This document shows, piece by piece, positions 1-9,833 of a stretch of DNA of 64,000 nucleotides. The stretch comes from Vicinamibacterales bacterium (GTDB taxonomy: Bacteria > Acidobacteriota > Vicinamibacteria > Vicinamibacterales > UBA8438), in contig OZ244051.1 in assembly GCA_965215105.1 (NCBI GenBank), positions 4,866,896 to 4,930,895 of the forward strand. The letters run 5' to 3'. The notes under the pieces were generated by a model. It was not told the DNA's origin, made no database searches, and saw only the letters and a program-made list of their open reading frames with translations. Position numbers and translations under genes: made by a program. How positions within the stretch are numbered: position 1 is the first letter of the stretch; every line of letters begins with the position of its first letter.

Positions 1-177
1 GGGGACCGCCGTCTGCGGCAGGAGATGGGCCACCGGCAGCAGCGACTTCACCTCCCTGACGCAGTCGAGGGAGGCTTCGAGGTGCGCCTCGAAGCGGCTC
101 CGCTCGGCCCTGCCGAGGGCCCCGAGGGCGTAGAGGGCGGCTTGGCCGTCGAATCCGCCGGGCGTCGGCTCGGTCAT
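1..177 (-). CDS. anti-sigma factor, N-terminal part only (gene runs off the left window edge)
   Basis: Minus-strand translation from ATG at 177 gives MTEPTPGGFDGQAALYALGALGRAERSRFEAHLEASLDCVREV..., an anti-sigma-like N-terminus. The ATG overlaps the sigma gene stop (ATGA). Confidence 0.55.
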   Translation of the reverse strand, partial: MTEPTPGGFDGQAALYALGALGRAERSRFEAHLEASLDCVREVKSLLPVAHLLPQTAVP

Positions 178-677
178 GCCGTCAGCGTCTCCCGCAACTT
201 CATCAGGCCGGCGCGTATGCGGGTCCTGACCGCCTCGGGCGGCTGCTCGATGCGTTCGGCGATCTCGGCCGCGGTCATGCCTTGGAGACCGGCGAGCTCG
301 ATGGCGGTGCGCTCGATGACGGGCAGGTCGGCCAGCGCCGCCCGCAGCCGGGCCGCCGCTTCGTCCGACAGGGGCGGGCGCTCGTCGGCGATGGCGGGCA
401 TCGGCACGTCGATGACCGCGGGATCGTCCGGGGGCGACGCGGACAGGGCCCGAAGCTGCTCGATGGCGCGGCGGCGGGTCGCCGCAAGGAGCCCGGATGC
501 CGTCGGTTCGGCGTCGCCGTCGGCCCCCACCATGCGCGACCAGGCATCGGCGAAGACCGCCTGCACCACCGTCTCCGCCTCCCCCTGGTCCTGGAGGATG
601 CGGAGGGCCAACCCGTACATCGCCCGGACGTGCCGATCGTACAGCCCCTCCAGATCGCGTGGGTCAGCCTCGGCCAT
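174..677 (-). CDS. ECF-type RNA polymerase sigma-70 family factor
   Basis: 167-aa ORF. Region 2-like LYDRHVRAMYGLALRIL...AETVVQAVFADAW and region 4 HTH ERTAIELAGLQGMTAAEIAERIEQPPEAVRTRIRAGLMKLR. Confidence 0.85.
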   Translation of the reverse strand: MAEADPRDLEGLYDRHVRAMYGLALRILQDQGEAETVVQAVFADAWSRMVGADGDAEPTASGLLAATRRRAIEQLRALSASPPDDPAVIDVPMPAIADERPPLSDEAAARLRAALADLPVIERTAIELAGLQGMTAAEIAERIEQPPEAVRTRIRAGLMKLRETLTA

Positions 678-687
678 GTATGGAATA

Positions 688-2145
688 TTACTTCACCCGC
701 CCCGGTGCGCGGGTTGGTACAGAGGCCGCCTTCGTGGTCGCCGGTGGTCGCGGACCGTCCGGTGCGGGTGGAGGCGCGGGCGGTCCCGTACCCGGCTGGT
801 TCGTGCTCAGCCACTCGTGGACGCGCTCGAGCACGGTCGCGATCGCTGCCCGCTGGCGCTTCAACCGGGCGCGGGCGCGGAGCGGGGTCTGCCGGGTGGC
901 GAGGAAGGCGCGCACGAGCCGGACGACCGCGGCCTGCCGCTCGATGGCGCTCAGCCCCGTGAAGGCGAGACCGACGAGCCCGATCGCCGTCGCCGCCCCG
1001 ATGCCGGCGCCGAACCACAGCCCGCTCGCGACGGACAGGGCCGCGATCCACGCCCCGTAGACGACGGCGCCGCCCAGGACCTCCCAGGCGGCGCGGCTCT
1101 GCGGGTCGGGGGCCTTGCCGCTGAGCGCCCACGTGCCGTAGTACGGGACCGCGAAGCACGCCAGGGCGAGAGCGGCCAGGGGCCCCGTCAAGATGGCGCG
1201 GCCGCCTTCCCGCAGGACGAACCGCAGCACCCGGCCCGCCGGCATCCGCCGGTCGAGGTCCTGCTCGCGCAGCCCGAGGGCGCGTAGCTGCTCGTCGTGG
1301 GCGAGCACGTCGGCGAGGATGGCGTCGTGGCGGTCGGGATGCTCCTCGCGCAGGCGGTCCATGCCCCGCGCGATCAGCCGGCGGCGGCGGACGCGCTCGG
1401 CCGGATCACGCGAGACCCCCCGGGCGGCGGCGTAGAGGCGGTCGACGCGGTCGACGAGCGGCAGGTCCGACCGCGGGTCCGCCTCGATCATCACCCGCCG
1501 CAGCCGGGCGGCGATGCGGTCGGTCAGGACGCGGGTGGCGCCGTGCGGGTCCGCACGGAAGGCGTCCACGAGGTCGCCGGCGTCGAACGGCCGGCCGTAC
1601 AGCGCGGTCATCCTCGACCGGAACATCGGCAGGCGGTCGAAGTTCAGCCCGACCGGCACGATGGCGACTGGCCGTCCGGCCGCCGCGGCGGCCAGCGCCA
1701 TGCGGGCGGCGCCGGTCCTGAGCGGCTCGAGGCGGCCGCTGACGTGGCTGATGCCCTCGGGGAAGAGGCAGATGGCGTCTCCCCCGGCGAGGGCCCGCTC
1801 GACCGCCGCGAACGTCTCGATGTTGCGCGAGGTGTCGACGCCGGGGTCGATGCGCCGGTACACCGGTATCGCCCCGGACCGGCGGACGAAGGGGCTCAGC
1901 ACGTGCCGCTCGAACAGGGTCGACTTGGCGAGGAACCGGACCGGCCGGGTGGCCGTGCCCTGGATGACGGCGGGGTCGAGGACGGTGTTGGGGTGGTTCG
2001 CGACGAGGAGGACGGGGCCCTCCGGCAGCGGCGGGCCGACCCGGTCGATGCGGTAGAAGATCGACGTTCCCAGCACCGCGAGCCGCCAGAGCACCGGGCT
2101 GCCGGGATACCGGCGGTCGGGCGGCTTCCCGTCTGCAAGGCGCAT
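688..2145 (-). CDS. PlsC-family 1-acyl-sn-glycerol-3-phosphate acyltransferase with C-terminal membrane domain
   Basis: 485-aa ORF. Acyltransferase motifs LVANHPNTVLDP (HX4D block), FPEGISH and AIVPVGL, with a hydrophobic C-terminal third. Confidence 0.8.
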   Translation of the reverse strand: MRLADGKPPDRRYPGSPVLWRLAVLGTSIFYRIDRVGPPLPEGPVLLVANHPNTVLDPAVIQGTATRPVRFLAKSTLFERHVLSPFVRRSGAIPVYRRIDPGVDTSRNIETFAAVERALAGGDAICLFPEGISHVSGRLEPLRTGAARMALAAAAAGRPVAIVPVGLNFDRLPMFRSRMTALYGRPFDAGDLVDAFRADPHGATRVLTDRIAARLRRVMIEADPRSDLPLVDRVDRLYAAARGVSRDPAERVRRRRLIARGMDRLREEHPDRHDAILADVLAHDEQLRALGLREQDLDRRMPAGRVLRFVLREGGRAILTGPLAALALACFAVPYYGTWALSGKAPDPQSRAAWEVLGGAVVYGAWIAALSVASGLWFGAGIGAATAIGLVGLAFTGLSAIERQAAVVRLVRAFLATRQTPLRARARLKRQRAAIATVLERVHEWLSTNQPGTGPPAPPPAPDGPRPPATTKAASVPTRAPGRVK

Positions 2146-2295
2146 GACGGGTGCATTCTAGCGGGGAATCGCCGTCTGCGGCTTCCCTTGACCGCCAACC
2201 CAATCCCAGGAGTCCGTGCCGTGGAACCTCCCAGCCGTGCTGGCATCGCAGAACCACGCTGTCTCGTGCCGGTACGTCGAGAGGAACAAGCCCAG

Positions 2296-2571
2296 GTGGA
2301 CGTCAAGGAAGCCGCGCAGGCCGCCAAGGCCTACATCATCGATCTCTTCGCTGACGAGCAGATCGAGCACGTCGGCCTGGAGGAGGTCAGGTTCGACCAC
2401 ATGGCCGAAGCGTGGGACATCACGATCGGGTTCTCCCGCCCCTGGGATCGAGGCGCATTGGGGACAATCATCGCCGGCCCGGCGCATCGCAACTACAAGA
2501 TCGTTCGCATCAACGACAAGGATGGTGAAGTCCTGTCGGTGGCCCATCGCGCTTTGACCGCCGCGGATTGA
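2296..2571 (+). CDS. small hypothetical protein, possible partner of the downstream PIN protein
   Basis: GTG at 2296 preceded by gagagga. 91 codons (VDVKEAAQAAKAYIIDLFADEQIEHVGLEEV...). The stop lies 4 nt before the PIN gene start. Confidence 0.45.
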   Translation: MDVKEAAQAAKAYIIDLFADEQIEHVGLEEVRFDHMAEAWDITIGFSRPWDRGALGTIIAGPAHRNYKIVRINDKDGEVLSVAHRALTAAD

Positions 2572-2575
2572 TGCG

Positions 2576-3031
2576 ATGCCGGCGAACCGGATCCTCATCG
2601 ACGCCAATCTGCTCGTTTTGTTCGTCGTGGGCAGGACGGGTCGGCAGTTGATTGCGAAACACCGCCGCCTGCGCGAATTCTCCGTGGATGACTACGATCG
2701 GCTGGTCGGAATCCTCAGCATGGTGGACCAGCTGGTCGTGACGCCGAATACGCTCACCGAAACATCCAATCTTCTCGCCCAGCACCACGAACCGGAGCGT
2801 TCCCGGTTTCTCGACGTGCTTCGATACGTCATCGAGAACAGCCAGGAGGTCACGGTCGCCAGCGAGGAGGCCGCCCGCAGCCGTGTGTTTCGGCGGCTCG
2901 GGCTCACCGATGCGGCCGTTCTGGACATCGCTTCGGCAGAGACGCCCGTACTCACGGTCGACCTGGATTTGTTCATTGCCGCGTCGACCAAGGATCCGCA
3001 CGCCGCGGTGAACTTCCGGCATCTCGCCTGA
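2576..3031 (+). CDS. PIN-domain protein (putative toxin ribonuclease)
   Basis: 151 aa with acidic residues in PIN-like positions: ILIDANLL near the N-terminus, then LTDAAVLDIA and TVDLDL. Confidence 0.6.
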   Translation: MPANRILIDANLLVLFVVGRTGRQLIAKHRRLREFSVDDYDRLVGILSMVDQLVVTPNTLTETSNLLAQHHEPERSRFLDVLRYVIENSQEVTVASEEAARSRVFRRLGLTDAAVLDIASAETPVLTVDLDLFIAASTKDPHAAVNFRHLA

Positions 3032-3111
3032 ATCCGCCGGACCACGTGACAGCCCCGAGGCTAGGCGGCTAGGCGACTTGCTCGAACGGCCTTGCGGCGG
3101 CCGCCACAAGG

Positions 3112-3858
3112 CTACGGCCGGGCGGCCGCGAACCGCAGGCGGACGTAGTCGACCACCCAGGTGCCGTCGGTGCGCAGGATGCGCGGGGCGAGCCGCTCCC
3201 GCATCTCGGCGAGCAGCGCCGGCCGTTCGGACTCCGGCGCCGCGGTGATGAACGCCTGCGCGAACACCTCGAGCCAGTGAACGACGTCGCCGGGGAGCGG
3301 GGTCGGGCGCGGGAACCGCTGGATGGAGTCGACCCGGAAGCCGCGCCGCTCGAGGCGGGCCCGGTACTCGTCGGCGGTGGGGAAGTACCAGGGATCTGCA
3401 GCGGCGCTGTCGATTCCCCGTGCTCCGAGCGCTTCGGCGAAGCACTCGCGCACCGAGGCGACGCACCCGGCGCCGCCGCACTCGGCCACGAACCGCCCGC
3501 CCGGCTTCAGGGCCCTCCAGACCCCGTCGATGGCCGCGTCGGCGTCCCGCACCCAGTGGAGGGCGGCGTTGCTGAACACCGCGTCGAACTCCGCGTCGAA
3601 GGGAAGCTCGCGGGCGTCGATGATGCGGGCGTCGAGCCCCCGCTCGAGCGCCGCCCACACCTGCTCGGGGCTGCTGTCGACGCCGACGACGAGGCAGCCG
3701 GCATTCCGCAGCCGCTCGGTGAGGGCGCCGTCCCCGCAGCCGAGGTCGAGGATGCGCTCGCCCGGCTGTGGGGCCAGCAGATCGACGACCGGTGCGCCGA
3801 GGTCCGAGACGAACCGGGCGTGCGCGGCGTAGGATTCGGGGTCCCAGTGCTGGGTCAT
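3112..3858 (-). CDS. class I SAM-dependent methyltransferase
   Basis: 248 aa. SAM motif I ILDLGCGDGALT, then VVGVDSS, AVFSNAALHW and LKPGGRFV. Confidence 0.85.
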   Translation of the reverse strand: MTQHWDPESYAAHARFVSDLGAPVVDLLAPQPGERILDLGCGDGALTERLRNAGCLVVGVDSSPEQVWAALERGLDARIIDARELPFDAEFDAVFSNAALHWVRDADAAIDGVWRALKPGGRFVAECGGAGCVASVRECFAEALGARGIDSAAADPWYFPTADEYRARLERRGFRVDSIQRFPRPTPLPGDVVHWLEVFAQAFITAAPESERPALLAEMRERLAPRILRTDGTWVVDYVRLRFAAARP

Positions 3859-3924
3859 GGCGTGTGGTCAGTGCCTACGGAACCCGCGGGCGGCGTCCGC
3901 CGCGTTGCCGGTCCTGACGGGAGT

Positions 3925-4623
3925 CTATGGCGCGGAATCCGCGGCACTGTCGAGGGCCAGCGCGCCGGTGTAGATGGCCATGCCGACGACCGCGTCGATG
4001 CCGGCGGCGTCGAGGGCGTCTATCTCCTCGCGGGTGGTGATGCCGCCGGCCGCGGTGACGCGCCGGCCCGTCGCCGCCGCCACCGCGCGCGCCGCGCCGA
4101 GGTCGGTGCCGGTCATCAGCCCCTCGCGGTCGACGTGGGTGTACAGGAACTCGCCGCAGTACGGCTCGAGCCGCCGCACCGCCTCTACCGCGGTCACCTC
4201 GACTGGCTCGGTCCAGCCGCGGATGACGACGCGGCCGGCCTTGCTGTCGACCGCGCCGATGATCCGCTCGACGCCGACCGCGTCGGCGAGGGAGCGCGCG
4301 AACGCGAGGTCGGGCCGGCCTTCGCGGAAGAGGGCCGAGCTGACGATGACCGCCTGCGCGCCGTAGCCGAGCACCGCCTCGGCGCGCGCGACGGAGCGGA
4401 TGCCGCCGCCGACCCGGCAGGGCAGCCGCGGCGCGACCCGCCGCACCAGCGCGTCGTTGTCGCCCGACCCCATGGCCGCGTCGAGGTCGATGAGCTGCAC
4501 CTTGGGGAACCCGGAGAACCGCGCGACCCACCCGTCGATGTCGTCGCTCTCGATGGCGAGCCGCTCGCCTTGCACGAGCTGCACCACGCGGCCGTTCTTG
4601 AGGTCGATGGACGGGATCAGCAT
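3925..4623 (-). CDS. hisA: ProFAR isomerase HisA
   Basis: 232 aa. [19 protein letters not shown]..., GGGIRS, GAQAVIVSSALF. Sits in the his operon context. Confidence 0.9.
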   Translation of the reverse strand: MLIPSIDLKNGRVVQLVQGERLAIESDDIDGWVARFSGFPKVQLIDLDAAMGSGDNDALVRRVAPRLPCRVGGGIRSVARAEAVLGYGAQAVIVSSALFREGRPDLAFARSLADAVGVERIIGAVDSKAGRVVIRGWTEPVEVTAVEAVRRLEPYCGEFLYTHVDREGLMTGTDLGAARAVAAATGRRVTAAGGITTREEIDALDAAGIDAVVGMAIYTGALALDSAADSAP

Positions 4624-4770
4624 GAGTCCCCGGCCGCCGCGCGCGGCGCGGCGTTCTCTAAGTCGACGGACGGGATCGGCATGGCCTCGGGTTTCGCGCG
4701 GGCGGCGCGGCGTTCCTCGAGGTCGATGGACGGAATCAGCATGGCGTCGGGTCCGTCGCCTCGGGCGGGA
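4591..4770. repeat. about 60-bp tandem repeat (about 3 copies) spanning the hisF stop / hisA start junction
   Basis: The ATGCYGAT-CCGTCC-TCGAC unit starts (minus strand) at 4742, 4682 and 4623. The copy at 4742 overlaps the hisF stop (ATGCTGA). Only the 4623 copy continues as hisA. Confidence 0.85.
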
Positions 4771-5551
4771 CGCCGGCCGCGCGCCCGACCGGCCGCGGCA
4801 GCCGCACGGGGATGCCGTGCGCGTGCAGGTGGGCCTTGAGGTCCTCGACCGCGTGCTCTGCGTAGTGGAATATCGAGGCGGCGAGGGCGGCGTCGGCCCG
4901 GCCCGCGGTGAAGACGTCGACGAAGTGGTCGAAGTTGCCGGCGCCCCCGGACGCGATGACGGGGATGGGCACGGCCGACGACACCGCCGCCGTCAGCTCG
5001 CAGTCGAAGCCCTGCCTGGTGCCGTCGCGGTCGATCGAGGTCAGCAGTATCTCGCCGGCGCCGCGGTCGGCCGCCTCGCGCGCCCACTCGACGGCGTCGC
5101 GCTCGGTGCCCTGCTGGCCGCTGCGGACGTAGATGCGGAAGCGGCCGCCCTCGCGCTTGGCGTCGATGGCGACGATGACCGCCTGGCTGCCGTAGCGCCG
5201 GGCCAGGGTGGTGATGAGCTCGGGCTGGGAGAGGGCCGCGGTGTTGATGCCGACCTTGTCGGCGCCGGCCTCGATGGCCGCCTCCGCGTGGTCCTCCCCG
5301 CGAATGCCGCCGCCGACGCACAGCGGCAGGAAGATCTCGCGCGCGACGGCCCGGATGGTCTCGGCCAGCGCCTTCCGCCCCTCGATGGTCGCGGTGACAT
5401 CGAGGATCACCACCTCGTCTATGCTCTCGCGGTTGTAGCGGGCGGCGAGGGTGGCGGGGTCGCCGGCGTTGCGCAGGCCCTCGAAGTTGATGCCCTTGAC
5501 GACGGCGCCGTCGCGAACGTCGAGGCAGGCGATGATGCGTTTCGACAGCAT
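4736..5551 (-). CDS. hisF: imidazole glycerol phosphate synthase cyclase subunit HisF
   Basis: Start chosen at [20 protein letters not shown] (residue 267 of ORF 4736..6349). CVGGGIR, ASGGAG and ASIFHY motifs. Has a 17-aa non-canonical C-terminal tail. Confidence 0.9.
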   Translation of the reverse strand: MLSKRIIACLDVRDGAVVKGINFEGLRNAGDPATLAARYNRESIDEVVILDVTATIEGRKALAETIRAVAREIFLPLCVGGGIRGEDHAEAAIEAGADKVGINTAALSQPELITTLARRYGSQAVIVAIDAKREGGRFRIYVRSGQQGTERDAVEWAREAADRGAGEILLTSIDRDGTRQGFDCELTAAVSSAVPIPVIASGGAGNFDHFVDVFTAGRADAALAASIFHYAEHAVEDLKAHLHAHGIPVRLPRPVGRAAGVPPEATDPTPC

Positions 5552-5655
5552 GGTGATCTCCGGCTGCTCCCTCGCTGCGCCTTGCCGGGCGGGTGTTCCT
5601 TGCCCGCCGGCGCCCTCGCCGATCTCGGCGCCACGCGGGGTTCCACGACGGGCCC

Positions 5656-6267
5656 TCAGCACACCCGGCACAGGAAGTTGCGGAGAATGCGGAGTCCCAC
5701 GTCCGACGACTTCTCCGGGTGGAACTGTACCCCGCCCACCGCGCCGTGCTCGACCGCGGCCGCGAACTCGACGCCGTAGCGGGTCGACCCCACGCAGCTC
5801 CCGGTGACGGGGGCGGCGTAGGAGTGCGTGAAGTAGACCTGGTCGCCCTCGTCGACGCCCTCGAGCAGCCACGAGTCGCGCGTGCGGTGCAGCGAGTTCC
5901 AGCCCACGTGCGGCACCTTGAATGCCTCCGACCCGTCGTCTTCGTCGGTGATCAGGCTGCACGTGCCCGGCAGCAGCTCCAGGCCGGGGTGGCCGGGCGC
6001 CTCGGCGCTGCCGTCGAAGAGCCACTGCATGCCGACACAGATGCCGAGCATGGGCCGCTCGCGCGCGATGTGGTCGCGGATGGCGGCGCGCCAGTCGGGG
6101 CCAAGGGCCGCCGTGACCTCGAAGTTGCCGACGCCAGGGACGATGACGCCCGCCGCCGCCTCCAGGGCCGCCGGGGCGGCCGGCGTCGTCACCGGCGCCC
6201 CCAAGTGGGCGAGCGCCTTGCGCACCGACGTCAGGTTCCCCGCGCCGTAGTCGATCAACGCAATCAT
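5656..6267 (-). CDS. hisH: imidazole glycerol phosphate synthase glutaminase subunit HisH
   Basis: 203 aa. [19 protein letters not shown] (catalytic Cys), VQFHPEKS. Confidence 0.92.
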   Translation of the reverse strand: MIALIDYGAGNLTSVRKALAHLGAPVTTPAAPAALEAAAGVIVPGVGNFEVTAALGPDWRAAIRDHIARERPMLGICVGMQWLFDGSAEAPGHPGLELLPGTCSLITDEDDGSEAFKVPHVGWNSLHRTRDSWLLEGVDEGDQVYFTHSYAAPVTGSCVGSTRYGVEFAAAVEHGAVGGVQFHPEKSSDVGLRILRNFLCRVC

Positions 6268-6291
6268 TTCGGCAAACCGTCCCGCGCCCGC

Positions 6292-6879
6292 CTACATCAA
6301 TCCCTTGGTGCTCGGCAGGCGCTTCGCCATGCGGTCGTCCTTGTCGCACGCGACCCGCAGCGCGCGCGCGAACGCCTTGAAGATGGCCTCGACCTGGTGG
6401 TGGCTCGACCGGCCGTAGAGCACCTTGACGTGCACGTTGGCCCGCGCCCCCAGCGCGAAGCCCTCGAAGAAGTCGTGCAGCAGCTCGGACTGCAGGTCGC
6501 CGACGAGCCTGACGCGCAGCCGCAGGTCGACCACCGCGTGGGGACGCCCCCCGAGGTCGATGGCGGCGACGCCGAGGGTCTCGTCCATCGGCATGACGAA
6601 GTAGCCGGCGCGGTTGATGCCGCGCCGCGTCCCGACGGCCTTCGAGACCGCCTCGCCGAGGGCGATGCCGACGTCCTCCACGGTGTGGTGCTGGTCGACG
6701 TCGAGGTCGCCGGCCGCGTCGATCCGCAGGTCGAAGGCGCCGTGGCGCGCCACCAGCTCGAGCATGTGGTCGAGGAAGCGGATGCCGGTGCTGACCGCGT
6801 ACCGGCCCTGCCCTTCGATGCCCAGGCGGACGGTGATCTGCGTCTCGGTCGTGCGCCGTTCGATCCTTGCGCGTCTCAT
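6292..6879 (-). CDS. hisB: imidazoleglycerol-phosphate dehydratase HisB
   Basis: Start at [15 protein letters not shown] (residue 22 of ORF 6292..6942). [14 protein letters not shown] and [17 protein letters not shown] motifs. Confidence 0.9.
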   Translation of the reverse strand: MRRARIERRTTETQITVRLGIEGQGRYAVSTGIRFLDHMLELVARHGAFDLRIDAAGDLDVDQHHTVEDVGIALGEAVSKAVGTRRGINRAGYFVMPMDETLGVAAIDLGGRPHAVVDLRLRVRLVGDLQSELLHDFFEGFALGARANVHVKVLYGRSSHHQVEAIFKAFARALRVACDKDDRMAKRLPSTKGLM

Positions 6880-7058
6880 GGCAGCACCCCGCGGTTGGTG
6901 GCAGCGAGCATCCCGCGGGTCATGGCGGCAACGCCCCGCCACTCGATCGGTGCGCGTCTCGTGGCAGCAGCACCCCGCCGGTCGCGGCAGCCGCGGGCCG
7001 TCGTCGTCCGCGCCGGGGCTCCGCCGCCTGTCGTCGCGACACGCGGCGTCGTCGTCAT
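6861..7058. repeat. degenerate tandem duplication of the hisD stop / hisB start junction
   Basis: cgatccttgcgcgtctcatggcagcaccccgcgg (6861-) recurs as cgatcggtgcgcgtctcgtggcagcagcaccccgccgg (6945-), period about 84 bp. The hisD stop at 7055-7057 overlaps an orphan ATG (ATGA). Confidence 0.7.
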
Positions 7059-8299
7059 CGGCTCCCCTTCACGCGCAGCCGCACCGACTCGGCGTGGGCG
7101 GTCAGCCCCTCCGCCTCGGCGAGGGTGAGAATGGTCGGGGCCAGGGCCTCGAGTCCCTCCCGCGTGATGCGCTGCGCGCTCTGCACCGACACGAAGTCCG
7201 ACGCGCCGAGGCCGCCGCGGAACCGCGCCGCGCCCCCGGTGGGCAGCACGTGGTTCGACCCCGTGGCGTAGTCGCCGGCCGCCTGCGCGGCGTGCGGGCC
7301 GATGAACACGGTGCCGGCGCGGGTGGCGCGCGCCGCGACCTCTTCGTCGAGGCACACGAGGTGCTCGGGCGCGATGTCGTTGGCGAGGTCGACGGCCTCG
7401 TCGAGGGAGCGGGTGACGACGATGACGCCGTTGCGCTCGATGGACGTCCGCGCCGGCCCGTCCGCCGGCAGCCGCTTCTCGACCTGCCGGGCGACGCGCG
7501 CCGCGAATCGGCGGTCGGGGGTGAGCACGACGGACCGGGCGTCGGGGTCGTGCTCGGCCTGCGCGACGAGGTCGGCCGCGATCCAGCGCGTCTCGCCGCG
7601 CGCGGCGACGACGACGATCTCGGTCGGGCCGGCGTGGAAGTCGATGGGGCAGTCGGCCGACACCAGCGCCTTGGCGGCGGCGACCCAGGCGCTCCCCGGT
7701 CCGACGATCTTGTCGACGCGGGGGACGGTGGCGGTGCCGTAGGCGAGGGCGGCGACGGCGTGGGCGCCGCCGAGCCGGAACATTCGCGTGACGCCGGCGA
7801 TGGCCGCCGCCGCGAGGGTCGCGGGGTCGGGGCGCGGGCAGGTCACGACGACCTCGGGCACCCCCGCCACCCGCGCGGGGACCGCGGTCATCAGCAGCGA
7901 CGACGGCAGCGGGTAGCGTCCCGCCGGGACGTAGCAGCCGACCCGCTCGAGCGGGGTCACGCGCTGCTCGATCTCGACCCCCGCGGTGACCGTCGTCCGC
8001 CACCCCCGCGGAAGCTGGCGCCGCGCGATGCGCCGGATGTGGCCGGCCGCGGTGCGCAACGCCGCCCGCAGCTCGGCGGGGACGGCCTCGAGCCCCGCCC
8101 GCATCTCCTCCGGCGAAACCTCGACGGGGCCGTCGAGGCGGTCGAAGCGCCGCGCGTAGCGCAGCAGCGCCTCGTCGCCGGAACGCCGGACCGCGCTCAC
8201 GATACGGGCGACCCGGCGGATGAGGGTGGGGTCGACGTCGTCGCGGCGGTCGACCAGGCGCCGGACCGCCGCCCGATCCGACGAGTCTACGATCTGCAT
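7055..8299 (-). CDS. hisD: histidinol dehydrogenase HisD
   Basis: Start at [12 protein letters not shown] (residue 27 of ORF 7055..8377). [27 protein letters not shown] and [13 protein letters not shown] motifs. Confidence 0.9.
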   Translation of the reverse strand: MQIVDSSDRAAVRRLVDRRDDVDPTLIRRVARIVSAVRRSGDEALLRYARRFDRLDGPVEVSPEEMRAGLEAVPAELRAALRTAAGHIRRIARRQLPRGWRTTVTAGVEIEQRVTPLERVGCYVPAGRYPLPSSLLMTAVPARVAGVPEVVVTCPRPDPATLAAAAIAGVTRMFRLGGAHAVAALAYGTATVPRVDKIVGPGSAWVAAAKALVSADCPIDFHAGPTEIVVVAARGETRWIAADLVAQAEHDPDARSVVLTPDRRFAARVARQVEKRLPADGPARTSIERNGVIVVTRSLDEAVDLANDIAPEHLVCLDEEVAARATRAGTVFIGPHAAQAAGDYATGSNHVLPTGGAARFRGGLGASDFVSVQSAQRITREGLEALAPTILTLAEAEGLTAHAESVRLRVKGSR

Positions 8300-8505
8300 C
8301 GGAGCACAATCCGGTCGATCGGCAACCCGGCGGTGTCCGTCGCCGCCGCATGAAGCCGGACGGCCGGACGATCCCACGAGTCGAAGGTCCGCATCACAGC
8401 ACGATCTCGTTCAGGGGGGCTCGACGATGCCCTCCGCCGCGCCGCCCTGGTCACAACACGATCTTGTTCAGGGGGAACTCGACGATGCCCTCCGCCCGCG
8501 TCGCC
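8300..8505. repeat. duplicated hisG 3' end (57 bp) plus duplicated hisD 5' end (about 95 bp) between hisG and hisD
   Basis: 8394-8450 copies 8451-8505 including a stop (..GATCGTGCTGTGA vs ..GATCGTGTTGTGA). 8300-8394 (ATGCGGACCTTCGACTCGTGGGATCG..) copies the hisD start (ATGCAGATCGTAGACTCGTCGGATCG..). Confidence 0.8.
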
Positions 8506-9341
8506 TTCAGCCTCGGAATCAGCTCGCGCACCGACGACTCCTCGATGATCGTCGAGACCGCGACCCATGCGTCGTCGCTGAGGGGGGCCACCGTGGGGTC
8601 GTGCAGGGCCGGCAGCAGCCCGAGCACCGCGTCGAGGTCGGCGCGGCGCACGTTCAGCATCAGGCCCACCCGGCCCTGGGCCTCGATGGCCGCGCGCAGC
8701 AGCAGCGCGATGTTCTCGATCTTCGTCCGCTTCCACGCGTCCTCGAGGGCGGCGGGGTTCGCGATGAGCTGGGGGTTCGACTCGATGACGGTGTCGATGA
8801 TGCGCAGCCGGTTGGCGCGCAGGGTCGACCCGGTCTCCGTCGCCTCGACGATGGCGTCGGCGAGCAGCGGCGGCTTGACCTCGGTCGCGCCCCACGAGAA
8901 CTCCACCTTGACGGGAATCTCGATCCGCTCGAACCAGGCCTCCGTCACCCGCACCAGCTCGGTCGCGATGGTGGCGCCGGCGAGGTCCTGAGGGGTGCGG
9001 TACTTCGAGTCCTCGGGCGCGGCCAGCACCCAGCGCACCTTGCGGAAGCTCTGCTTCGAGTAGACGAGGTCGGCGACGTCGACGACCTCGTCGCCGGTGG
9101 CGGCGTGGTGCTCGGCAATCCAGTCCTGGCCGGTCAGCCCCGCGTCGAGGGCGCCGTGGGCGACGTAGCGCGCCATCTCCTGAGCCCGGATCAGCGTGCA
9201 TTCGATCTCGGGATCGTCGATGCTGGGATAGTAGGAGCGCGAGCTGGTGTAGATGTTGAAGCCCGAGTTCGCGAAGAGCTGGACGGTCGAGTCCTGCAGC
9301 GAGCCCTTGGGGATGCCGAGCCGTAACGTCGTGTCAGCCAT
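8451..9341 (-). CDS. hisG: ATP phosphoribosyltransferase HisG (long form)
   Basis: 296 aa. [31 protein letters not shown], and a C-terminal regulatory domain. Confidence 0.9.
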   Translation of the reverse strand: MADTTLRLGIPKGSLQDSTVQLFANSGFNIYTSSRSYYPSIDDPEIECTLIRAQEMARYVAHGALDAGLTGQDWIAEHHAATGDEVVDVADLVYSKQSFRKVRWVLAAPEDSKYRTPQDLAGATIATELVRVTEAWFERIEIPVKVEFSWGATEVKPPLLADAIVEATETGSTLRANRLRIIDTVIESNPQLIANPAALEDAWKRTKIENIALLLRAAIEAQGRVGLMLNVRRADLDAVLGLLPALHDPTVAPLSDDAWVAVSTIIEESSVRELIPRLKATRAEGIVEFPLNKIVL

Positions 9342-9362
9342 GGTCGATGCGTGAACGGTCGA

Positions 9363-9713
9363 TTAGCGGGGCGAGGACGCCGCGGCGGTCTCGTCCGCGA
9401 GCGGCTCGAGCGTCTTGAAGAAGCAGGTCCGCTCGCCGGTGTGGCAGACGTTGCCCTCGCCGTTGCGGGTGACCTTCAGCAGCACCGTGTCGTCGTCGCA
9501 GTCGACGAGCATCTCCCGCACGGTGAGGGTGTTGCCCGACGTCTCTCCCTTCATCCACAGCTTGCCGCGGGTGCGGCTGAAGAAGGTGGCGAAGCCCGAG
9601 CGGCGGGTGAGGTCCAGCGCTTCCTGGTTCATGAAGCCGACCATGAGGACCTCGTTGCTCGAGGCGTCCTGCACGACGGCGGGGATGAGTCCGTCCAGTT
9701 TCGAGAAGTCCAT
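9363..9713 (-). CDS. hisI: phosphoribosyl-AMP cyclohydrolase HisI
   Basis: 116 aa. [55 protein letters not shown]. Confidence 0.9.
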   Translation of the reverse strand: MDFSKLDGLIPAVVQDASSNEVLMVGFMNQEALDLTRRSGFATFFSRTRGKLWMKGETSGNTLTVREMLVDCDDDTVLLKVTRNGEGNVCHTGERTCFFKTLEPLADETAAASSPR

Positions 9714-9764
9714 GTCGTGTCCTGTCGCGCGCCGGTGCCCGGATCGCTTGCCCGGTGGGCCTCC

Positions 9765-9799
9765 AAAAAAAAAAGCCCCGCCGGGGTTGTCGGCGGGGC
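9765..9799 (-). terminator. strong intrinsic terminator immediately upstream of hisI (candidate attenuator)
   Basis: On the minus strand, a 9-bp GC stem (GCCCCGCCG / CGGCGGGGC, 9775-9783 with 9791-9799) and 7-nt loop are followed by T10 (9765-9774). It lies 52 nt before the hisI ATG, with no upstream minus-strand gene to terminate. Confidence 0.75.
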
Positions 9800-9833
9800 G
9801 GTCGCATGCGTTGGCGGTGACGGGGCGGTCGCG

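Noticed and set aside
9765-9774. The A10/T10 homopolymer as a phase-variable coding tract.
   Set aside because: It is intergenic and directly follows a 9-bp GC stem on the his strand, so it is explained as a terminator U-tract.
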